From Clostridia bacterium (lineage in GTDB: Bacteria; Bacillota; Clostridia; CAKSNL01; HGM11501), in assembly GCA_045644565.1 (NCBI GenBank), contig JAZRHF010000052.1:5402-69401 (forward strand): a stretch of 64,000 nucleotides of DNA, in the 5' to 3' direction. This document shows, piece by piece, positions 1 through 5,847 of this stretch. The translations under genes and the position numbers were made by a program. Position 1 is the first letter of the stretch; each line of letters begins with the position of its first letter. The notes under the pieces were generated by a model. That model was not told the DNA's origin. It ran no database searches and saw nothing but the letters and a program-made list of their open reading frames with translations.

Positions 1-75
1 CATAACTATTACATCAATATCAGAGATAATAAGAACTTAAGAGTAATAAAAAACAATTTTGAAATAAAAGAATAT

Positions 76-546
76 ATGTCTAAAGCGATTATGCATTTCG
101 ATTCCGAAAAATACGCCTCTGAATTTTTTTTACGCTCGGATTTGTTTTCAGTATGTGCAGAAGTACTTTTTCATTGGAACAAAACCAATAAGGAAGTATT
201 GATTAACAATTCCTTGGCAAATATTCAAACACCGATCTTTAAGCTTATGAATAAATTGGAACACTCCTCTGTGCCTATGAACGTGAAAGAAGCAGCAAAA
301 TTTTGCAACTTCAGCCAAGGGCATTTCAGCAGGATTTTCAAAACTGTATCCGGAATGACCTTCCATGAATATATACGGAAATTAAAAATAGAAGAAGCTC
401 AAAGACTTTTAGCTTGCACAGATAGCAGTATAACTAGCATTGCACATTCTTTAGGCTACTCTTCCTCAAGCTTCTTCACAAAAGAATTCAAATCCGTAAA
501 AGGCATAACACCTATGCAGTACAGAAAAAAACTAACCAAGATTTAA
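76..546 (+). CDS. AraC-family HTH protein, short form without a full N-terminal sensor domain (possible truncated remnant)
   Basis: 156-aa ORF. The C-terminal half carries the double-HTH AraC signature (AAKFCNFSQGHFSRIFK ... IAHSLGYSSSSFFTKEFK ... GITPMQYR). Only about 50 aa precede it. Confidence 0.7.
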   Translation: MSKAIMHFDSEKYASEFFLRSDLFSVCAEVLFHWNKTNKEVLINNSLANIQTPIFKLMNKLEHSSVPMNVKEAAKFCNFSQGHFSRIFKTVSGMTFHEYIRKLKIEEAQRLLACTDSSITSIAHSLGYSSSSFFTKEFKSVKGITPMQYRKKLTKI

Positions 547-566
547 TTACAAGGAGAAAAAAGTTC

Positions 567-595
567 TTGCCAATGAACATAGCTTGTTATATAAT
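567..595 (+). promoter_or_regulatory. sigma-A-like promoter candidate (TTGCCA-17 bp-TATAAT)
   Basis: -35 TTGCCA at 567-572, a 17-bp spacer, and -10 TATAAT at 590-595. No long ORF lies downstream before the hairpin at 656-698. Confidence 0.3.
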
Positions 596-655
596 AGCTT
601 TCGCTATCAAGTTAGATTAGCATTTACTCAGCCTCTTCACTAAAACAGTAAAATA

Positions 656-698
656 CCCCTCTTAGCCAGCTTATCGGCCAAGAGGGGTTTCTTATTTT
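656..698 (+). terminator. intrinsic terminator
   Basis: Stem CCCCTCTTAGCC / GGCCAAGAGGGG (1 mismatch) with an 8-nt loop, followed by TTTCTTATTTT. Confidence 0.6.
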
Positions 699-960
699 CT
701 ACGTATTTATAAACGAGGAATAAATGTTCTAAAACCATTCCCTTATTGTTCATAAAATTCTTTTTTTGTTATGAGATGAAAAATGCGTAAAAAGGAGCTA
801 TTTAGAGTAAATAGAAGCAATTCAAAGTTCTCAATATAAAAAAACATCGATTTTTTCGATATTGTTAACCTCCACATCCCGACCCTATCGTCATCAAGTC
901 AGGTGAAAAAATCTTTTATATTTTTTTAAATCGTCAAAATGCGATTTCAGATTTTGGCTT

Positions 961-989
961 TTGCTATACAAGTAAATAAGTATTATAAT
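961..989 (+). promoter_or_regulatory. sigma-A-like promoter candidate (TTGCTA-17 bp-TATAAT)
   Basis: -35 at 961-966, a 17-bp spacer, and consensus -10 at 984-989. It points toward the helicase-like gene. Confidence 0.45.
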
Positions 990-992
990 TCA

Positions 993-1020
993 AATTGCAG
1001 ATTCTTCGAAGATTGCAATT
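993..1020. promoter_or_regulatory. nested palindrome at the predicted transcription start (operator candidate)
   Basis: AATTGCA ... TGCAATT arms enclose the perfect 10-bp palindrome TCTTCGAAGA. It begins 4 bp after the -10 box. Confidence 0.4.
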
Positions 1021-1090
1021 AAGGCTATAAAAAAGTTTAATAAATCAAAAAGGGTTATGTAAAGTCTATCCTTGAATTTATATCCTAATA

Positions 1091-1192
1091 GTGAATAAGG
1101 CCGTTTTAGTGTGAATAGGTTAATAGCCAAACCCCTTAAAATGCGGTAATATATCACTTGCAAGCTTGCATATCACCCCTTTAAGGCGACGG
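1091..1192. repeat. cluster of short direct repeats and a 12-bp palindrome upstream of the helicase-like gene (iteron/ori candidate)
   Basis: GTGAATAAGG (1091-1100) and GTGAATAGG (1111-1119). ACCCCTTAAAATGCGG (1131-1146) and ACCCCTTTAAGGCGACGG (1175-1192). TATCAC-TGCAAGCTTGCA-TATCAC (1152-1176). Confidence 0.4.
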
Positions 1193-1218
1193 ATTTGCGA
1201 CCTCGTCTTTAATCCCAT

Positions 1219-1286
1219 GTCACCTGCCGCAACTGTGATTTTTTCACTTGCAAAATATACAGAAACGTCCTCTTGCTGCAGGTGAC
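1219..1286. repeat. intergenic module copy 1: 14-nt inverted arms GTCACCTGCCGCAA / TTGCTGCAGGTGAC separated by 40 bp
   Basis: Arms at 1219-1232 and 1273-1286 (13/14 complementary). The same architecture recurs at 2754-2820 and 3696-3762. Confidence 0.8.
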
Positions 1287-1326
1287 AACTATCCCGAAAA
1301 AATTACATACAGGAGGATTTTATCTT

Positions 1327-2748
1327 ATGAAGGTTCCATCTTATCTCAGCAAACTTACCAAAAATGTGAGTTTTTACTGTAGCTCCGACAACTCGGAGCG
1401 TTTTTACGCCGAATTCACGGATGCAAAAAAAATAAAAAACTTCGTACCTATGGATTCTCAAAAGTTCCTGTCACACATCTTTTCAAGAGCACTGGAGTGT
1501 GCTGATGATGATGACATTCCCACACCAGAGTCCATTGTTAAGATTTTGACCTTTTTGTTAATATCAAAAAACAACTTCAAACATGCAAAAGTTTTCAATC
1601 GTGTTTCTGGGAATTTATTCAGCGGGAACATTGAATACGACCTCGGAAATATCAAAGGAGAATCCGTAAAAACAGATGCATCAGGCTGGTCAGTTTCTGC
1701 ACCCAAAAATGGCAAATTCATCTTTACGGATACGAATTTGCCACAGGTAACTCCTTCATACACCTCTGAATCTCCTTTAGAGTTGCTTGCTCCGTTTTTC
1801 AACCTAACCGGGGACAATTACATCCTCTTCGTCGTTTGGCTTATTCAGTCCTTCTCTCGCGGAAGCCATCACGCTCTCTTGATTTTTGCAGAACGTGGAA
1901 GCGGCAAAACCACATTTTCAAAAATGATTAAAAAAATCTTGGATCCCGGCAAATTTGACGTCACAACGATACCGACGACTGAGGATTCACTCCGAGTTCT
2001 GCTACAAAATACTCTTCTTTGCACCTTTGATAACGTCAGCAACATTTCCGACAGCATATCTGACCTTTTCTGCGGTGCTATAACAGGTACGGCTATTGTC
2101 ACACGTTCTCTTTACACGAACAATTCCACAAATGTTGCGACGCTGCATAACATCATAGTCATCAACGGCATCGGCGTCGTCCCCGAGAGAGATGACCTGG
2201 CCGAGCGAATGCTTATAATGCCATTGCATAAGTTATCAGAAACCGAGCTTAAACTTGATGAAGATGTATGGACAAATTTTGAAAACCAGCTTCCTTTTAT
2301 TCTTGGTTCCATATTTAACACCTTATCTGTCGCTATGCAGAAAATCCAGGATATAGTACCTCAAAAATTACCTCGTATGGCGGACTCCTTCATAGAAATG
2401 CTTGCAATCGCCTTAGCTCTCGGTATATCAGAGTCGGAGTTTCGCCGCATTTATAATGCCAACAAAAGACAGCTTGAAGCTGCAAGAATTGGTTCACCGC
2501 TTGTAACTGCCGTTAAGGAGTTTATGACAACTATCTCCGGACGAAAATATTCGGCTTCTGCACAAGATGTTTTCACAGCAGTTCATTCAGCTTATTCAGG
2601 CGACAAAGCCCTACTACCTGCATCCGCTTCGCACTTCAGCAAGCGTTTAGACAAGGAATTTTCCAACCTTTTAAAAGCCGGATTCCGCGTCAATATTGAT
2701 GACACAGGCGCAAAGGGTACAATAGTTACCATTATCAAGAAAAAATAG
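1327..2748 (+). CDS. P-loop NTPase, SF3-helicase-like putative replication protein of the element
   Basis: AGGAGGA RBS at 1311-1317 and ATG at 1327. Walker A ERGSGKTT (GSGKT at 1897-1911), a Walker-B-like LLCTFDNV, and a downstream IVINGIG motif. The ORF-track start at 1273 (MLQV) falls inside the repeat arm. Confidence 0.65.
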   Translation: MKVPSYLSKLTKNVSFYCSSDNSERFYAEFTDAKKIKNFVPMDSQKFLSHIFSRALECADDDDIPTPESIVKILTFLLISKNNFKHAKVFNRVSGNLFSGNIEYDLGNIKGESVKTDASGWSVSAPKNGKFIFTDTNLPQVTPSYTSESPLELLAPFFNLTGDNYILFVVWLIQSFSRGSHHALLIFAERGSGKTTFSKMIKKILDPGKFDVTTIPTTEDSLRVLLQNTLLCTFDNVSNISDSISDLFCGAITGTAIVTRSLYTNNSTNVATLHNIIVINGIGVVPERDDLAERMLIMPLHKLSETELKLDEDVWTNFENQLPFILGSIFNTLSVAMQKIQDIVPQKLPRMADSFIEMLAIALALGISESEFRRIYNANKRQLEAARIGSPLVTAVKEFMTTISGRKYSASAQDVFTAVHSAYSGDKALLPASASHFSKRLDKEFSNLLKAGFRVNIDDTGAKGTIVTIIKKK

Positions 2749-2753
2749 CCCCT

Positions 2754-2820
2754 GTCACCTGCTGTAATCTGCCGTTTTTATCACCTTCATATAGGTAAAG
2801 CCCTGGTTGCAGCAGGTGCA
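2754..2820. repeat. intergenic module copy 2: arms GTCACCTGCTGTAA / TTGCAGCAGGTGCA separated by 39 bp
   Basis: Arms at 2754-2767 and 2807-2820. It lies immediately 3' of the helicase-like gene and 5' of the 267-aa gene. Confidence 0.8.
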
Positions 2821-2861
2821 ACCCAAAACTCAAAAAAATAAATTTTAGGAGGATATCTAAA

Positions 2862-3665
2862 ATGTATATCAAAAGAAACTTAACAAAATTCACCCCCGAT
2901 TCTTCAGAGGAAATCTACACAGGCACAGGTTTAAGCAAATATAAATACCCCAAAGACTTGGATGTCTCTCCGGGCATTTATTTTTCCAAGATTAAATCTG
3001 CAAGAAAGGCATCTACCTATTCAGGCAGAAAAGCAATAGAGGTTTTTTATGTAATCAAGGATGCTTATATATGCTCAAGAATTGCAAATAATCTCCCTTA
3101 TGATGAAAAGAAAAACAAGACTTACAAAATCAAGCAGCTATATACCGTGGGTACGGTCTATTACGAAGCGTTTATGGATGCAATGATCGATGCTTTGGGA
3201 GAGAAATCATTCACTCTTAAAGACTTAACCTCTTTGACCGAACTTATTACCATTGGTTACGATACCAAGTCTTCATTTGGAAGTATTATTGATCGCCATT
3301 ATTATGAAGAAAGCGATTTCATCAAGCCTCTCAAAGAAGACAAAGATGATGACTACGATGACGATACCTTCGTAGAGGAAGAAGAAACTCCTCCCCCTTC
3401 TAACGATAGTTCTCCTTCTGAAGACTCCATCATCTACAACGAAAAGGAACCTGTAATCGAAGAAGAAGAAGAAAACGACAACAAAGGCAGAATTCTCGAT
3501 CGTAAACGTGGACCTGTCAGCAGAGGTCCTTTAGGAACAAGAAGACCTATCCGTGATAAGGAACCCGTCAAAAAAGAAATTCCTCCAGCGAATGCGTACG
3601 ACGATGACGATGAATTTGACGATTTTCTTCCTGATGATGAGGGTGATGATAGCCTCGATTGGTAA
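2862..3665 (+). CDS. hypothetical protein with a globular N-terminal half and a long acidic, low-complexity C-terminal tail
   Basis: AGGAGG RBS at 2848-2853 and ATG at 2862. The tail is rich in D/E (DKDDDYDDD, EEEEEND, DDDDEFDDFLPDDEGDDSLDW). Confidence 0.75.
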   Translation: MYIKRNLTKFTPDSSEEIYTGTGLSKYKYPKDLDVSPGIYFSKIKSARKASTYSGRKAIEVFYVIKDAYICSRIANNLPYDEKKNKTYKIKQLYTVGTVYYEAFMDAMIDALGEKSFTLKDLTSLTELITIGYDTKSSFGSIIDRHYYEESDFIKPLKEDKDDDYDDDTFVEEEETPPPSNDSSPSEDSIIYNEKEPVIEEEEENDNKGRILDRKRGPVSRGPLGTRRPIRDKEPVKKEIPPANAYDDDDEFDDFLPDDEGDDSLDW

Positions 3666-3695
3666 GACATATTTCACCTATTAATTTCTCCCCTT

Positions 3696-3762
3696 GGCAC
3701 CTGTAGCAATCACAAGAAAGTCCTTACGGAACATATATAAAATCTCAATTGTTACAGGTGTC
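3696..3762. repeat. intergenic module copy 3: arms GGCACCTGTAGCAA / TTGTTACAGGTGTC separated by 39 bp
   Basis: Arms at 3696-3709 and 3749-3762. A shared TCCCGAAA..ATTACA lies 6 bp after the right arm, as in copy 1. Confidence 0.8.
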
Positions 3763-3826
3763 ATCCTTCCCGAAATTACAAAAAAAATATCTATATATTA
3801 TTTTCTTAGAGAAAGGAATCTTTGTT

Positions 3827-4051
3827 ATGAGTGATAAGTACTTAACAGTAAAAGAAGTAGCAGAAATGCTTCAGATATCCTATGAAAATGCTCTTCATTA
3901 TATAAAGCATAATGTTGAATATGTGACTATAGGAAAGCAGTATAGGGTATCAGAAAAAAAGCTCAATGCGGCTTTATATCCGCCAAAAGCAGTTAAAACC
4001 AAGCTTAACAGCAGACCTGTATATCAAATAATAGAAAGGGTGAAAAGTTAA
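3827..4051 (+). CDS. xis: excisionase / small MerR-type (Xis/AlpA-like) HTH DNA-binding protein
   Basis: 74 aa, beginning MSDKYLTVKEVAEMLQISYENALHYIK, which is typical of helix-turn-helix excisionases. Its stop overlaps the int start codon (TAATG). Confidence 0.7.
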   Translation: MSDKYLTVKEVAEMLQISYENALHYIKHNVEYVTIGKQYRVSEKKLNAALYPPKAVKTKLNSRPVYQIIERVKS

Positions 4052-5190
4052 TGGCTACAGGCAGTATAAGAGAAAAAAAGACAAAGACAGGTGAAATTCG
4101 TTATCAGATTACTATCGAATGTGGTAATGATGAATTAACCGGCAATCGCCAAAGAATCTATAAAAATGTAAGCGGAAGCAAAAGAGAAGCCAAGGCTTTG
4201 ATGCACAAAATGATTATCGAGGCAGAACAAGGCATAGCTACTCAAAAGAACAACAAAAAAGTCGGTGAATGGATGGACGAATGGGTATCCACCTATTTAC
4301 CTAACATTGAAGAAACCACCAGGGTTGGTTATAAGACAAAAATACGTTGTTATATAAAGCCTGCCATAGGCGATATATTGTTAAAATCCTTAAAAACTGA
4401 ACATATACAGAAGATGGTCAACGATATGAATACCACCTTATCCCCCAAGAATATACGTGACACTTTCAACAACGTAAATGCTGCTATGAAAAAAGCAGTA
4501 AAGCTACGTCTTATTCCTTACAATCCTTGCGAAGCGGTGGAATTACCAAAGCTCAAAAAATATCATGCAAGCGTATATCCTCCGGACATGATTCAAAAAC
4601 TGCTTGATACTGCATCAGAAACAGATATGTTCTTAGCTGTTTTCTTATTGGTAATGGTAGGCTTAAGACGCGGAGAACTCCTTGCATTACGTTGGAGTGA
4701 CATAGACTTTAGAAACAAAGTTATCAAAGTCAGAAGCAATATGGTAAACGGAGAAAACGGTTGCATCATAAAAGCACCTAAAAGTGAAGCCGGTATTCGT
4801 GATATTCACGTAGGAGAAGACGTTATAGCCATCCTTAAACAAGCAAGAACACAATACGTTGCCGATGCCTGTGATTACGGAATAGGGTTTCAAAACCTTA
4901 ATTTTGTTATCCATCAGAAAGATGGCAGTCCTATAAAGCCTGACTCTATGACTCAGAAATGGCAAAGATTCCTTAAAACTCACAAACTTCCCAAGATAAG
5001 ATTACATGACTTAAGACATTCAAACGCCACTGCTCTTATCCAGGCAGGAGTTAATCCAAGAGTTGTTCAGCAAAGACTCGGTCATTCCGACGTAAACATA
5101 ACGCTTAATACATATACTCACGTACTTCCTGAGATGGACGTGGAAGCGGCTGAAAAGTTAGATTCTATCCTTCTGAAACGTGCTCAGTGA
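4051..5190 (+). CDS. int: tyrosine recombinase / phage-type integrase
   Basis: 379 aa. It has an N-terminal arm-binding-like segment, a SAM-like core-binding domain, and catalytic motifs (GLRRGELLALRW ... HDLRHSNAT ... LGHSDVNITLNTYTHV). Confidence 0.95.
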   Translation: MATGSIREKKTKTGEIRYQITIECGNDELTGNRQRIYKNVSGSKREAKALMHKMIIEAEQGIATQKNNKKVGEWMDEWVSTYLPNIEETTRVGYKTKIRCYIKPAIGDILLKSLKTEHIQKMVNDMNTTLSPKNIRDTFNNVNAAMKKAVKLRLIPYNPCEAVELPKLKKYHASVYPPDMIQKLLDTASETDMFLAVFLLVMVGLRRGELLALRWSDIDFRNKVIKVRSNMVNGENGCIIKAPKSEAGIRDIHVGEDVIAILKQARTQYVADACDYGIGFQNLNFVIHQKDGSPIKPDSMTQKWQRFLKTHKLPKIRLHDLRHSNATALIQAGVNPRVVQQRLGHSDVNITLNTYTHVLPEMDVEAAEKLDSILLKRAQ

Positions 5191-5304
5191 CTAAAATTAC
5201 AACTGCTATTGTTTTTCTCAATCTTCGGCTCGCTTGTCGGCTTTTGTAATCCAAGACTCGTTCTGTCAAGGACATCAATTTTAAGTGGCAGTTCCTTTAA
5301 TCAG

Positions 5305-5350
5305 CTCATAACCCGAAGGTCATGTGGTTCAAATCCCATCTCCGCAACCA
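5305..5350 (+). pseudogene. 3' fragment of an initiator tRNA-Met gene (anticodon loop through CCA), candidate att core
   Basis: CTCATAACCCGAAGGTC ... GGTTCAAATCC ... CTCCGCAACCA matches bacterial tRNA-fMet from the anticodon loop onward. No 5' acceptor/D-arm lies upstream. One extra nucleotide sits in the T-stem 5' strand. Confidence 0.7.
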
Positions 5351-5463
5351 GAAAAAAAGTTCTTGGTCTTTTGACCAAGGACTTTTTTCGTTGTGTACGT
5401 ATTTTATACCCCTTACACCCTGTCAGGGTTTGAGACCGACGAGCGTGGCTCGTTGGGTTAGCG
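5335..5463 (+). repeat. direct repeat copy 1 (tRNA 3' tip, terminator, about 75 bp downstream)
   Basis: Aligns with 5646-5764. The terminator is identical and the GAGACCGACGAGCGTGG block is conserved. Confidence 0.8.
5352..5388. terminator. intrinsic terminator (copy 1 of a duplicated hairpin)
   Basis: A-run, then AGTTCTTGGTC-TTTT-GACCAAGGACT, then T-run. Confidence 0.8.
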
Positions 5464-5645
5464 AAACAAAAACGATTGATTATCGTTTTTGTAAGCGGTG
5501 TCCCTCAAAGCACGATTTTTTGAGCCGAGTGTACTGAGGCGATAAAAAAGAGATGCGACAGGGACCGGCGCGAAGCGATAACCCGAAGATGCTTCGCATC
5601 CAATGGTCATGCATCTTCGGCATTTTCCGAAGAAAATGCCTATGT

Positions 5646-5764
5646 CCCATCTCCTCAGACCAGAAAAAAAGTTCTTGGTCTTTTGACCAAGGACTTTTTT
5701 CGTTGTGTGCGTATTTCCCCTATCCCGTTATGAGACCGACGAGCGTGGATGCGTTGGGTGAGCA
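5646..5764 (+). repeat. direct repeat copy 2 (degenerate tRNA tip, terminator, downstream block)
   Basis: CCCATCTCC-TCAGACCA followed by the identical hairpin and then TGAGACCGACGAGCGTGG. Confidence 0.8.
5664..5701. terminator. intrinsic terminator (copy 2)
   Basis: Same hairpin as 5352-5388, flanked by an A-run and a T-run. Confidence 0.8.
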
Positions 5765-5789
5765 AAGCCTTATACAAATTACGTGCCTG

Positions 5790-5818
5790 TTGACACAAAT
5801 TTCATATAGTGATAATAT
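5790..5818 (+). promoter_or_regulatory. sigma-A promoter for the isomerase/dehydrogenase pair
   Basis: TTGACA at 5790-5795, a 17-bp spacer, and TAATAT at 5813-5818. Confidence 0.55.
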
Positions 5819-5847
5819 ATTACCATCATAAAAAAGGTTGTGATATT

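Larger units (their letters stand above)
961..5350. mobile_element. compact integrative element (Rep-like helicase, acidic protein, Xis, tyrosine integrase). The right end lies at a tRNA-fMet 3' fragment. The left border is unresolved, and 961 is only the first element-associated signal.
   Basis: Four co-directional genes end in xis-int (TAATG overlap) reading outward toward a tRNA-derived att-like sequence. A private repeat family (CACCTG arms) is confined to this interval. Confidence 0.6.

Noticed and set aside
892-905. A possible fourth CACCTG half-site (TCAAGTCAGGTGAA).
   Set aside because: Only the CAGGTGA core matches, there is no partner arm at the 53-bp offset, and the outer TTGC is missing.
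1207-1219. CTTTAATCCCAT as a possible attL core. It shares 8-mers with 5295-5302 and 5332-5339.
   Set aside because: The matches are only 8 nt, the sequence upstream shows no tRNA 5' half, and the site lies inside the conserved module flank. This is probably chance.
1221-1227. CACCTGC in the arms equals a type IIS restriction recognition sequence (AarI/BspMI type).
   Set aside because: Copy 3 has CACCTGT, no restriction-modification genes are present, and the fixed paired architecture points to a regulatory or origin role.
1273-1326. N-terminal MLQV... extensions of the ORFs at 1273 and 3749.
   Set aside because: Both begin at TTG inside the right arm of the repeated module. Good RBS/ATG pairs lie downstream (1327 and 3827), so the shared MLQV is a by-product of the DNA repeat.
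5209-5831. Three 71-92-aa ORFs across the att/terminator region.
   Set aside because: They run through a tRNA fragment, two terminators and direct repeats. They have no RBS and are better explained as non-coding.
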